Source of the DNA: Eledone cirrhosa
Taxonomy: Eukaryota
Length of the DNA stretch: 64,000 nt
Reading direction: 5' to 3'
NCBI GenBank assembly: GCA_964016885.1
Contig: OZ024745.1
Coordinates: 11,160,001-11,224,000, forward strand
Shown here piece after piece: positions 26,801 through 39,882 of the stretch. Both the position numbers and the translations under genes were made by a program. Numbering within the stretch: the stretch's first letter is position 1; every line of letters begins with the position of its first letter. Under the pieces are notes generated by a model. The model had not been told where the DNA came from. It saw nothing but the letters and a program-made list of their open reading frames with translations, and searched no databases.

Positions 26801-29800
26801 CTACACAGCACCACTCCACCAGGAGTTAGGGGTCTAACACACACTGTATATCTACACGGCACCACTCCACCAGGAGTTAGGGGTCTAACACACACTGTAT
26901 ATCTACACAGCACCACTCCACCAGGAGTTAGGGGACCAAGGCACACTGTATATCTACACGACACCACTCCACCATGATTAAGGGGTCTAACACACATTGT
27001 ATATCTACACGCCCCCCCCCCACAAGGAGTTAGGGGTCTAACACACACTGTATATCTACACGACACCACTACACCAGGATTTAGGGGTCTAACACACACT
27101 GTATATCTACACGGCACCCCTCCACCAGGAGTTATGGGTCTAACACACACTGTATATCTACACGACACCACTCCACCAGGAGTTAGGGGTCTAACACACA
27201 CTGTATATCTACACGGCACGACTCCACCAGGAGTTAGGGTCTAAGACACACTGTATATCTACACGGCACCCCCCACCAGGAGTTAGGGGTCTAAGACACA
27301 CTGTATATCTACACGCCCCCCCCCCCACCAGGAGTTAGGGGTCTAACACACACTGTATATCTACACTGTATACCCCTCCACCAGGAGTTAGGTGTCAAAC
27401 ACACACTGTATATCTACACGGCACACCTCCACCAGGAGTTAGGGGTCTAACGCACACAGTATATCTACACTGTATACCCCTCCACCAGGAGTTAGGGGTC
27501 TAACACACACTGTATATGTACACGGCACCCCTCCACCAGGAGTTAGGGGTCTAAGACACACTGTATATCTACACGGCACCCCCCCCACCAGGAGTTAGGG
27601 TTCTAAGACACACTGTATATCTACACGGCACCCCTCCACCAGGAGTTAGGGGTCTAAGACACACTGTATATCTACACGGCACCCCCCCAGGAGTTAGGGG
27701 TCTAACACACACTGTATATCTACACAGCACCACTCCACCAGGAGTTAGGGGTCTAAGACACACTGTATATCTACACGGCACCACTCCACCAGGTGTTAGG
27801 GGACCAAACACACTGTATATCTACACGACACCACTCCACCAGGAGTTAGGGGTCTAAGACACACTGTATATCTACACGGCACCCCTCCACCAGGAGTTGG
27901 GGGACCAAGACACACTGTATATCTACACGGCACCACTCCACCAGGAGTTAGGGGACCAAGACACACTGTATATCTACACTCCACCACTCCACCAGGAGTT
28001 GGGGGACCAAGACACACTGTATATCTACACGGCACCACTCCACCAGGAGTTAGGGGACCAAGACACACTGTATATCTACACTCCACCACTCCACCAGGAG
28101 TTAGGGGTTTAAGACACACTGTATATCTACAGGGCACCACTCCACCAGGAGTTAGGGGACCAAACACACTGTATATCTACACGGCACCACTCCACCAGGA
28201 GTTAGGGGTCTAAGACACACTGTATATCTACACGGCACCACTCCACCAGGAGTTAGGGGTCTAAGACACACTGTATATCTACACGGCACCACTCCACCAG
28301 GAGTTAGGGGACCAAGGCACACTGTATATCTACACGCCACCACTCCACCAGGATTTAGGGGTCTAACACACATTGTATATCTAAACGCCCCCCTCCCCAC
28401 AAGGAGTTAGGGGTCTAACACACACTGTATATCTACACGACACCACTACACCAGGAGTTGGGGGTCTAACACACACTGTATATCTACACGACACCACTCC
28501 ACCAGGAGTTAGGGGTCTAACACACACTGTATATCTACACGGCACGACTCCACCAGGAGTTAGGGTCTAAGACACACTGTATATCTACACGGCACCACCC
28601 ACCAGGAGTTAGGGGTCTAAGATACACTGTATATCTACACGCCCCACCCCCCCACCAGGAGTTAGGGGTCTAACACACACTGTATATCTACACGGCACAC
28701 CTCCACCAGGAGTTAGGGGTCTAACGCACACTGTATATCTACACTGTATACCCCTCCACCAGGAGTTAGGGGTCTAACACACACTGTATATCTACACGGC
28801 ACCCCTCCACCAGGAGTTAGGGGTCTAAGACACACTGTATATCTACACAGCACCCCCCCCCCCACCAGGAGTTAGGGTTCTAAGACACACTGTATATCTA
28901 CACGGCACCCCCCCCAGGAGTTAGGGGTCTAACACACACTGTATATCTACACGGCACCACTCCACCAGGAGTTAGGGGTCTAAGACACACTGTATATCTA
29001 CACGGCACCACTCCACCAGGAGTTAGGGGACCAAACACACTGTATATCTACACGACACCACTCCACCAGGAGTTAGGGGTCTAACACACACTGTATATCT
29101 ACACGGCACCCCTCCACCAGGAGTTGGGGGACCAAGACACACTGTATATCTACACGGCACCACTCCACCAGGAGTTAGGGGTCTAAGACACACTGTATAT
29201 CTACACGGCACCACTCCACCAGGAGTTAGGGGTCTAACACACACTGTATATCTACACGGCACCACTCCACCAGGAGTTAGGGGACCAAACACACTGTATA
29301 TCTACACGACACCACTCCACCAGGAGTTAGGGGTCTAACACACACTGTATATCTACACGACACCCCCCACCAGGAGTTAGGGGTCTAAGACACACTGTAT
29401 ATCTACACGGCACCACTCCACCAGGAGTTAGGGGTCTAAGACACACTGTATATCTACACGGCACCCCCCACCAGGAGGTAGGGGTCTAACACACACTGTA
29501 TATCTACACGGCACCGCTCCACCAGGAGTTAGGGGTCTAAGACACACTGTATATCTACACAGCACGACTCCACCAGGAGTTAGGGGTCTAAGACACACTG
29601 TATATCTACACGGCACCCCTCCACCAGGAGTTAGGGGACCAACACACCCTGTATATCTACACAGCACCCCTCCACCAGGAGTTAGGGGTCTAACACACAC
29701 TGTATATCTACACGGCACCACTCCACCAGGAGTTAGGGGACCAAGACACAGTGTATATCTACACGGCACCACTCCACCAGGAGTTAGAGGTCTAAGACAC

Positions 29801-32800
29801 ACTGTATATCTACACAGCACCACTCCACCAGGAGTTAGGGGTCTAACACACACTGTATATCTACACGGCACCACTCCACCAGGAGTTAGGGGTCTAACAC
29901 ACACTGTATATCTACACGGCACCACTCCACCAGGAGTTAGGGGACCAAGGCACACTGTATATCTACACGACACCACTCCACCAGGATTTAGGGGTCTAAC
30001 TCACATTGTATATCTACACGCCCCCCCCCCCCCACAAGGAGTTAGGGGTCTAACACACACTGTATATCTACACGACACCACTACACCAGGATTTAGGGGT
30101 CTAACACACACTGTATATCTACACGGCACCCCTCCACCAGGAGTTATGGGTCTAACACACACTGTATATCTACACGGCACGACTCCACCAGGAGTTAGGG
30201 TCTAAGACACACTGTATATCTACACGGCACCCCCCACCAGGAGTTAGGGGTCTAAGACACACAGTATATCTACACGCCCCCCCCCCACCAGGAGTTAGGG
30301 GTCTAACACACACTGTATATCTACACTGTATACCCCTCCACCAGGAGTTAGGTGTCTAACACACACTGTATATCTACACGGCACACCTCCACCAGGAGTT
30401 AGGGGTCTAACGCACACTGTATATCTACACTGTATACCCCTCCACCAGGAGTTAGGGGTCTAACACACACTGTATATGTACACGGCACCCCTCCACCAGG
30501 AGTTAGGGGTCTAAGACACACTGTATATCTACACGGCACCCCCCCCCCCCCCCCACCAGGAGTTAGGGTTCTAAGACACACTGTATATCTACACGGCACC
30601 CCTCCACCAGGAGTTAGGGGTCTAAGACACACTGTATATCTACACGGCACCCCCCCCCAGGAGTTAGGGGTCTAACACACACTGTATATCTACACAGCAC
30701 CACTCCACCAGGAGTTAGGGGTCTAAGACACACTGTATATCTACACGGCACCACTCCACCAGGAGTTAGGGGACCAAACACACTGTATATCTACACGGCA
30801 CCACTCCACCAGGAGTTAGGGGTCTAACACACACTGTATATCTACACGGCACCCCTCCACCAAGAGTTAGGGGACCAAGACACACTGTATATCTACACGG
30901 CACCACTCCACCAGGAGTTAGGGGTCTAAGACACACTGTATATCTACACGGCACCACTCCACCAGGAGTTAGGGGTCTAAGACACACTGTATATCTACAC
31001 GGCACCACTCCACCAGGAGTTAGGGGACCAAGGCACACTGTATATCTACACTCCACCACTCCACCAGGATTTAGGGGTCTAACACACATTGTATATCTAC
31101 ACGCCCCCCCTCCCCACAAGGAGTTGGGGGTCTAACACACACTGTATATCTACACGGCACGACTCCACCAGGAGTTAGGGTCTAAGACACACTGTATATC
31201 TACACGGCACCCCCCACCAGGAGTTATGGGTCTAACACACACTGTATATCTACACGACACCACTCCACCAGGAGTTAGGGGTCTAACACACACTGTATAT
31301 CTACACGGCACGACTCCACCAGGAGTTAGGGTCTAAGACACACTGTATATCTACACGGCACCACCCACCAGGAGTTAGGGGTCTAAGATACACTGTATAT
31401 CTACACGCCCCCCCCCCACCAGGAGTTAGGGGTCTAACACACACTGTATATCTACACGGCACACCTCCACCAGGAGTTAGGGGTCTAACGCACACTGTAT
31501 ATCTACACTGTATACCCCTCCACCAGGAGTTAGGGGTCTAACACACACTGTATATCTACACGGCACCCCTCCACCAGGAGTTAGGGGTCTAAGACACACT
31601 GTATATCTACACAGCACCCCCCCACCAGGAGTTAGGGTTCTAAGACACACTGTATATCTACACGGCACCCCCCCACCAGGAGTTAGTGGTCTAAGACACA
31701 CTGTATATCTACACGGCACCCCCCCAGGAGTTAGGGGTCTAACACACACTGTATATCTACACGGCACCACTCCACCAGGAGTTAGGGGTCTAAGACACAC
31801 TGTATATCTACACGGCACCACTCCACCAGGAGTTAGGGGACCAAACACACTGTATATCTACACGACACCACTCCACCAGGAGTTAGGGGTCTAACACACA
31901 CTGTATATCTACACGGCACCCCTCCACCAGGAGTTGGGGGACCAAGACACACTGTATATCTACACGGCACCACTCCACCAGGAGTTAGGGGTCTAAGACA
32001 CACTGTATATCTACACGGCACCACTCCACCAGGAGTTAGGGGTCTAACACACACTGTATATCTACACGGCACCACTCCACCAGGAGTTAGGGGACCAAAC
32101 ACACTGTATATCTAAACGACACCACTCCACCAGGAGTTAGGGGTCTAACACACACTGTATATCTACAGGACCCCCCCCCCCCCCCACCAGGAGTTAGGGG
32201 TCTAAGACACACTGTATATCTACACGGCACCACTCCACCAGGAGTTAGGGGTCTAAGACACACTGTATATCTACACGGCACCCCCCACCAGGAGGTAGGG
32301 GTCTAACACACACTGTATATCTACACGGCACCGCTCCACCAGGAGTTAGGGGTCTAAGACACACTGTATATCTACACAGCACGACTCCACCAGGAGTTAG
32401 GGGTCTAAGACACACTGTATATCTACTCGGCACCCCCCACCAGGAGTTAGGGGTCTAAGACACTGTATATCTACACGCCCCCTCCCCCAGGAGTTAGGGG
32501 TCTAACACACACTGTATATCTACACGGCAGCCCTCCACCAGGAGTTAGGGGTCTAAGACACACTGTATATCTACACGGCACCCCCCACCAGGAGTTAGGG
32601 GTCTAACACACCCTCTATATCTACACGGCACCCCTCTACCAGAGGTTAGGGGTCTAACACACACTGTATATCTACACGGCAACACTCCACCAGGAGTTAG
32701 GAGACCAAGACACACTGTATATCTACACGACACCACTCCACCAGGAGTTAGGGGTCTAAGACACACTGTATATCTACACGACACCCCCACCAGGAGTTAG

Positions 32801-34532
32801 GGGTCTAAGACACACTGTATATCTACACGACACCACTCCACCAGGAGTTAGGGGTCTAAGACACACTGTATATCTACACGACACCCCCACCAGGAGTTAG
32901 GGGTCTAACACACACTGTATATCTACACGGCACCACTCCACCAGGAGTTAGGGGACCAAACACACTGTATATCTACACGACACCACTCCACCAGGAGTTA
33001 GGGGTCTAACACACACTGTATATCTACACGACACCCCCACCAGGAGTTAGGGGTCTAAGACACACTGTATATCTACACGGCACCACGCCACCAGGAGTTA
33101 GGAGTCTAAGACACACTGTATATCTACACGGCACCCCCCACCAGGAGTTAGGGGTCTAACACACACTGTATATCTACACGGCACCCCTCCACCAGGAGTT
33201 AGGGGTCTAACACACACTGTATATCTACACGGCACCCCTCCACCAGGAGTTAGGGGTCTAAGACACACTGTATATCTACACAGCACACCCCCATCAGGAG
33301 TTAGGGGTCTAAGACACACTGTATATCTACACTCCCCCTCCCCCAGGAGTTAGGGGTCTAACACACACTGTATATCTACACGGCAGCCCTCCACCAGGAG
33401 TTAGGGGTCTAAGACACACTGTATATCTACACGGCACCCCCCACCAGGAGTTAGGGGTCTAACACACACTCTATATCTACACGGCACCCCTTCACCAGGA
33501 GTTGGGGGACCAAGACACACTGTATATCTACACGGCACCCCTCCACCAGGAGTTAGGGGTCTAACACACACTGTATATCTACACGGCACCCCTCCACCAG
33601 GGGTTAGCAGTCTAAGACACACTGTATATCTACACGGCACCCCTCCACCAGGAGTTGGGGGACCAAGACACACTGTATATCTACACGGCACCACTCCACC
33701 AGGAGTTAGGGGTCTAACACACACTGTATATCTACACGGCACCCCTCCACCAAGAGTTGGGGGACCAAGACACACTGTATATCTACACGGCACCCCTCCA
33801 CCAGGAGTTGGGGGTCTAACACACACTGTATATCTACACGGCACCACTCCACCAGGAGTTAGGGGTCTAAGACACACTGTATATCTACACGGCACCACTC
33901 CACCAGGAGTTAGTGGACCAAGACACACTGTATATCTACACGGCACCCCTCCACCAAGAGTTAGGGGACCAAGACACACTGTATATCTACACGGCACCCC
34001 TCCACCAAGAGTTAGGGGACCAAGACACACTGTATATCTACACGGCACCCCTCCACCAAGTGTTAGGAGACCAAGACACACTGTATATCTACACTCCACC
34101 ACTCCACCAGGAGTTAGTGGACCAAGACACACTGTATATCTACACGGCACCACTCCACCAGGAGTTAGTGGACCAAGACACACTGTATATCTACACGGCA
34201 CCCCTCCACCAGGAGTTAGGGGACCAAGACACACTGTATATCTACACGGCACCCCTCCACCAAGAGTTAAAGGACCAAGACACACTGTATATCTACACGG
34301 CACCCCTCCACCAGGGGTTAGGGGTCTAAGACACACTGTATATCTACATGGCACCACTCCACCAGGAGTTAGGGGACCAAGACACACTGAATATCTACAC
34401 GGCACCCCTCCACCAGGGGTTAGGGGTCTAAGACACACTGTATATCTACATGGCACCACTCCACCAGGAGTTAGGGGTCTAACACACACTGTATATCTAC
34501 ACGACACCACTCCACCAGGAGTTATGGGTCCA
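23883..34532. repeat. 51-bp satellite array (~208 units)
   Basis: Unit ACACACTGTATATCTACACGGCACCACTCCACCAGGAGTTAGGGGTCTAAG; 17-aa period; variable poly-C tract; both ends visible. Confidence 0.98.
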
Positions 34533-34743
34533 TACATACAAGGTATAGGGGAGAGAAAAGCAGGAGTGGTCGCTAGCATACTAAGGATAGTATGAGATGA
34601 ATTTACTATAATTGATTACATCTACGTATAGAGGAGACATGTAGTATTTTAGATTATACAAGTACATGTCACACACCCTCACCCACACCACACCCACACA
34701 TGATGTATATGTATATCTGTTTCTCTATACATACGTACATGCA

Positions 34744-34787
<44 letters not shown>

Positions 34788-34964
34788 CATTTCGTTTGTA
34801 ACACAAAAAGAGCTATCAATATTATCCACTTGCCTCTCTCGGTTCTGATTGCTATAGTGTATAATTAGTAATATCGATCAGCCTTGATTGGTTGTCATGG
34901 TGGCAAGATTCTCTCAATGTAATATGATGATAACGAGTTAATCGTCTTCAATTTAATTTCCTAC

Positions 34965-35031
34965 CTAAAATAACAGATACCCCACGCTGTATCCCGCCAG
35001 CGCTTGAGTCTCTGTACCAAAGGTGTCTTAC
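34965..35031 (-). CDS. Candidate exon (67 nt) beginning at an AG|GTAAG site
   Basis: Acceptor ggttttcttaattgcag, donor TTAG|gtagga; (G)KTPLVQRLKRWRDTAWGICYF(S), phase 1 to 2; locally GC-richer. Confidence 0.45.
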
Positions 35032-35329
35032 CTGCAATTAAGAAAACCTTGCAAAACTACATGTATCCCTCACTCACCACGCATTTACAGGCATATGCTC
35101 CCGTATCTCCGTGTGTATGTATGCATATATATATATACACATACATGCATGCATACGAAGATACAGGCGTATATCCCTGTATATATATATGTTTGTATAT
35201 GCAAAATACAGCAAGCCTAAACTACCCCCAAAACACTGCACAAATACAATTATACATATAAATAAAATTGAAATTGAAAATACAGCATATACACAATATA
35301 TATATATATATCTATATATATCTATATAC

Positions 35330-35374
<45 letters not shown>

Positions 35375-35456
35375 GCACACATGTTGTTTTTTGAATTTCA
35401 ATTTCATTTATATGGGTAATTGTATTTATGCACAAACACACAGAAATCATTAGGCT

Positions 35457-35488
<32 letters not shown>

Positions 35489-35583
35489 ATTGAATAAACA
35501 AGAGAGATGAACACTAATATATATATATATATAGAAAGGATGAATATAAAATGAAAGTGCTTTTTTTAAAAAAGGAATTTATT

Positions 35584-35621
35584 AGGTATTGACATATGTT
35601 TCTGTAACAGACTGAATACCT
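35584..35621 (-). ncRNA. Decayed hammerhead motif (CUGANGA strand lost)
   Basis: AGGUAUU...GAAAC(AUAU)GUC-AAUACCU then AAUAAA: perfect 7-bp stem I and 3' core, 5' core missing. Confidence 0.4.
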
Positions 35622-35972
35622 ATGTATCGCTGCTTGCGTAACGATATATAACGTAACGATATATTATCACTACATTATTGATAACCTGAAATTTTATATA
35701 TATATATATATATATTATTGAATAAACAAGAGAGATGAACACTAATATAAACATACATGTGTTCGAATCGTAAGGACTAGTTTTGCTACGGTGAAAAAAT
35801 ACTAACTCCCACAATATGGTTTGTCAGACCTAATTTTAAGTAGTAAATTAAGAAAAGTAACAGACCTATATTGGGCAATCGCCTGGTAACAACTAGACAG
35901 TTTTGGAAACTAACTCATTATATATCATGAGGAGCTAATTTTACTGTCTTGTTAACCAGGCTGCTATCTTTA

Positions 35973-38044
35973 ACCTGGTGGGAGATGCGCAGACATGCGC
36001 TATCCCGTCCAGGTCCATCCATGACAACCTCCACCTCATGCGATACATCATAGAGAGGGTTGGGAACGAACCCGGCTTTGGTGGGGCTCTGATCAACTTG
36101 GATCAATCTAAGGCGTTCGATAGGGTCGACCATGGTTACCTGGATGCGGTGCTAGCGGCGGCAGGCTTCGGACCCGTTTTCAGGGGCTGGATCACTGCTA
36201 TGCACAGCAGCCGCATCTGCTCTAGGGTCAAGGTGAACGGCTACCTCTCGGAGCCGTTCAAAATCGCGCGGTCCATCCGACAAGGGTGCCCTCTCTCCTC
36301 CCTTCTGTATGTGTTGACTCTCGAGCCACTACTGCGGAAGTTGGAGTTGTTGCAGGGCATCCCTTTGGAACCGGGATTGCGGAAAGCGGTGTCGGCCTAC
36401 GCCGATGACGTGACAGTAATGGTGTCGACGGTCTCCGAAATCGAGGCGGTCGGCACCTTACTGGAGGAGTACGAAAAGTTCACAGGGGCTAAGCTGAACC
36501 GGGACAAGTCGATCGGTTTGCAACTCGGCACGTGGAGGGGCAGACCGATGCCCTCCGATAGCGTCGTCGGACGCTGGACGGAGGGCCCGGTGAAGTTGCT
36601 CGGGGTCTGGTTCGGACCGGACCTCCAGGTGGAGAAAAACTGGGCGGAGGTTACGAACAGGGTGTTTGCACTGACCCAGAAGTGGGCCAGTTGCAAACTA
36701 TCCCTGAAAGGTCGGGCGGAGGTGGCGAACACCTACATAGCGTCCGTCATCTACTACCGCCTGACCGTAGTGCCCTGCCCAAGGGAAACCCTCACCAAGA
36801 TGGAGCGCGCGCTCTTCCAATTCCTTTGGAAGAGGCGGGCTCCTATGGTGAGGAGATCCATCTGCTGTCAACACCCTTCGAAAGGAGGGCTGGGGATGCC
36901 GTGGCTAATGATGCGTAAACACGCATTAAGGCTACGGCACCTCTACGTATTCCTCACCGGACAACCGGTGTGGGCCTCGTTTGTGAGGCGAACCTTTCCC
37001 AGACTCGTCTCACTCACCGAGCTGCAATCCTGGGTCAAGCAAAGACCGAGAAAACTGGGCGCCTGGCACACTGAGTGTGCCCAGGCGCTCACCGCCCTCT
37101 GGCAGGCGGATCCGGTTATCAGTGGAGACTCCACCGCAACATTCTATAGAGGGCTGGTACGCAGCAGGTGCGACGACGCCCTCGGAGAAGCCCTAGACAT
37201 GGAGGAGGACGAACTGGCCAGCCTGTTCGGTAGGACATTCAGCCCGGGACCTATGGACAACTTCCAGAAGTCCCTGGCCTGGCAGTGCTACCGAGGGGCT
37301 TTACCCGTTCGAGAAAGGCTCTACAGACACGGGCGCCCGGGTAGGGACCCCGCCAAAAAGATCTGTCCCAGATGCGTGTGCGACGAGGAAACCGTTGCAC
37401 ACGCATTAGTACACTGCTCGGGCGTAGCCGATCTGTGGGGCTATGTCGAACAACTGCTGTCAAGGGTGGGACCGATCCGGTTGACCACCGAGTCTATTGT
37501 AATGATCAAGCCGCCTCCCCCCTTCAAAGATGAAGCAGAGGCGGTGTTTCTGTGCGTAATAGCCATGGCGAAAGAGGTTGTATGGTGGACGCGTCTGAAA
37601 GGACTGAGGTCGGGCACCTTTCTCTCTGGCCAACAACTGGTCCGTTTCTTCCGATATCATTTCGGAAGAAGGATCAGGATGGAGAGAGAGGTGCTGCACC
37701 CCAGCCGTTTCTATGAAAGATGGGTGAAAGTGGCGAGAATGGCCCGTGTGAATGGGCCTTCACTCTACATCAGACTATAGGTGAGGAAGATGAAAGACCA
37801 AGGGAGCACCCCTTCTCTGTGCTCCTGAGGAGAAGGGTTGCACACTTTTTTCGGGGGTGTGTGCGACCCCCCAAGGCGCCTCCTCTCTATTGAGGATTTT
37901 GTTAAAAATTTTATTTTTTGTTATATCTTATTTTATTTTTATATTTTGTTATTGCCTTCTCCTTATTGAGGACGCCTTTTTGTGTAAACTCCCCCCTTTG
38001 TACTTGTCCCACTTTTTATGCCCTAGTGGCAAATAAAAGAAATA
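35973..38044 (+). mobile_element. 5'-truncated non-LTR retrotransposon, Tx1/L1 group
   Basis: GC-rich insert; 3' UTR with T-rich tract and AATAAA near 38031; flanked by TATCTTTA at 35965-35972 and 38045-38052 (probable TSD). Confidence 0.9.
35978..37780 (+). CDS. LINE ORF2 fragment: reverse transcriptase plus C-terminal CCHC (zf-RVT-like) region
   Basis: LDQSKAFDRVDH, IRQGCPLSSLLY, AYADD, VKLLGVWF, LSLKGRAEV, GGLGMP and CPRC-x6-ETVAHALVHC-type motifs; no endonuclease domain (truncated); no internal stops. Confidence 0.95.
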   Translation: MGDAQTCAIPSRSIHDNLHLMRYIIERVGNEPGFGGALINLDQSKAFDRVDHGYLDAVLAAAGFGPVFRGWITAMHSSRICSRVKVNGYLSEPFKIARSIRQGCPLSSLLYVLTLEPLLRKLELLQGIPLEPGLRKAVSAYADDVTVMVSTVSEIEAVGTLLEEYEKFTGAKLNRDKSIGLQLGTWRGRPMPSDSVVGRWTEGPVKLLGVWFGPDLQVEKNWAEVTNRVFALTQKWASCKLSLKGRAEVANTYIASVIYYRLTVVPCPRETLTKMERALFQFLWKRRAPMVRRSICCQHPSKGGLGMPWLMMRKHALRLRHLYVFLTGQPVWASFVRRTFPRLVSLTELQSWVKQRPRKLGAWHTECAQALTALWQADPVISGDSTATFYRGLVRSRCDDALGEALDMEEDELASLFGRTFSPGPMDNFQKSLAWQCYRGALPVRERLYRHGRPGRDPAKKICPRCVCDEETVAHALVHCSGVADLWGYVEQLLSRVGPIRLTTESIVMIKPPPPFKDEAEAVFLCVIAMAKEVVWWTRLKGLRSGTFLSGQQLVRFFRYHFGRRIRMEREVLHPSRFYERWVKVARMARVNGPSLYIRL

Positions 38045-38435
38045 TATCTTTAGCGGCATAGGATTTCGAGACATGCTGGGTTCCGAAGACACGTGCAATA
38101 ATTCTTAGCGCACTCAATTCAGTTTTCTAATATTTTTAGAAGTGGAAGGATCACTAATTTCTTAACAACTACTGAGGAGCAGAGAAAAGTGTGGACTTCA
38201 CTTAATAAGATGCTGCGAAAACAGTTTCCTTAACTGTCTACTTGTTACCAGGCGATTGCCCAATATAGGTCTGTTATTTTTCTTAATTTACTACTTAAAA
38301 TTAAGTCTGACAAACCATATTGCTGTAGTTAGTATTTTTTCACCCTAGCAAAACTAGTCCTTACGATTCGAACACATGTATGTTTATATTAGTGTTCATC
38401 TCTCTTGTTTATTCAATTATATATATATATATATT

Positions 38436-38650
38436 TAATACAATAACAGAGATAGTTTAAAGCTAAACTCTGACTGGTAACCATCTCACTCAACAAACAT
38501 TAGGTTATATTATATAAACCCAATTTAAGTGTTTGGGGTGCTAACAATATGTATAATGTGGAAAAACCAGTTGTATTATTTTATGAGATATAATTAAAGT
38601 TAAAGTATATCTCTCTTTCCAAACAATTGTTTCATTATAAGTTTTCTACA

Positions 38651-38655
<5 letters not shown>
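38436..38655. repeat. ~220-bp dispersed repeat, copy 1 (copy 2 at 42299-42522)
   Basis: TTAATACAATAACAGAGATAGTTTAAAGC...GTTTTCTACAAGTTT occurs twice, both bounded by (TA)n. Confidence 0.9.
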
Positions 38656-38716
<61 letters not shown>

Positions 38717-39696
38717 TGTTCATCTCTCTTGTTTATTCAATTATATTACACGGCTCGGAAAAGCTTTTTTCTTAGAGCTATTTAATTGTATGAGACTACT
38801 CTGAGTTTCTAACTCACTATATATATATAGTGATGGATGCTTAAAGCGTCCGTATGCGGTAGGCCGTATGAGCACTCGATGCTCTAATAGAGCAGAGTAT
38901 GATATCACATTCGTCGCAACACTGATTCTCTTTTTTTCTGTTATATATATATATAAATTAATAAAAATAATGAATAAAAACAAAGAAACAGTTCCTTATA
39001 TTAAAAAATTCATCATTTTACGATCGTTTCTAGGATATATATGTGTGTGTTGGTATGTATATCATATAGATCTATGTTAAATTTTTACAAACTATCAGAG
39101 CAAATATACATACCTACACATATATATGCTGTCTTCAGAAATAATGATATTTGTTTATTGAAAAAAACCAACAAAGATTTAATATAATAGGTCTGTTTGG
39201 GAACAGGTTTTGAATTGACCAATAGAAAAGTAGTAAGTGGTCAAGTTGATAGAATAGTAGTAGTAGAAATTTAATTTAGGGGTAGAGGAATGCAGACTTC
39301 AGTTTTGAATGGAAAGAGTATTTTGAATGAAAAGATTAGTTTGGGGATGAAAATAGGTCAAGCCGGTGAAAGGTACACGAAAATTTGATGTTATTAAAGA
39401 ATAATGCTAATGTTAAAATCTAAGGAGAATACAATTTTACTATTAATGTGTTAGTGAAAAATATCAATCTTATTTAAAACATAAGGAATTTAGATCTATA
39501 AAAAGAAATTAAATTAATTTAATTGATAGGTATATTTATAGGGATAAATTTATATTAATTCATATAGATCTGATAAATAAGAGTTAGATGTTATTAAAGA
39601 ATGTTGTTAAAAACAAAGGAAAACATTTTTGGGGGGTGGGGGTGATAAATGTATTAGTGAGAAATAAAAACTTATATAGATTATAAGGAATTTAGA

Positions 39697-39882
39697 AGGG
39701 CGGTGGATTGGCAGTATCGATGGAGGGTCGGACGCCATGCTTTCCAGCATAGTTACGTGCCTTTACGATCTGAGTTCAAATCCCGCCGAGGTTGACTTTG
39801 CCTTTCATCCTTACAGGGTCGATAAAATAAAGTACCAGTAATGCACTGGGGAATTGCTGGCCTTGTGCCTAAAGTAGAAACA
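39697..39882 (+). mobile_element. Full-length tRNA-derived SINE with 17-bp TSD
   Basis: A-box-like TGGCAGTATCG, B-box GAGTTCAAATCCC, tail GGCCTTGTGCCTAAAGTAGAAAC; ATTATAAGGAATTTAGA at 39680-39696 and 39883-39899. Confidence 0.92.

Larger units (their letters stand above)
35717..38417. mobile_element. Element with ~195-bp terminal inverted repeats (MITE/foldback-like), interrupted by a LINE
   Basis: 35717-35910 is near reverse complement of 38224-38417; both ends sit in (TA)n; ~630 bp once the LINE is removed. Confidence 0.85.

Noticed and set aside
23883-34532. TTAGGG in most 51-bp units as a telomeric signal
   Set aside because: Single isolated hexamers, never tandem; does not show telomeric origin.
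23590-34579. PCRYTVC-repeat ORFs on the minus strand
   Set aside because: 51-bp satellite with frequent frameshifting poly-C indels, so no frame conservation.
35918-37699. Antisense and alternate-frame ORFs overlapping the LINE
   Set aside because: Expected shadows of a GC-rich coding sequence; no motifs.
39697-39790. tRNA gene
   Set aside because: A/B-box-like motifs belong to a SINE with tail and TSD; no cloverleaf.
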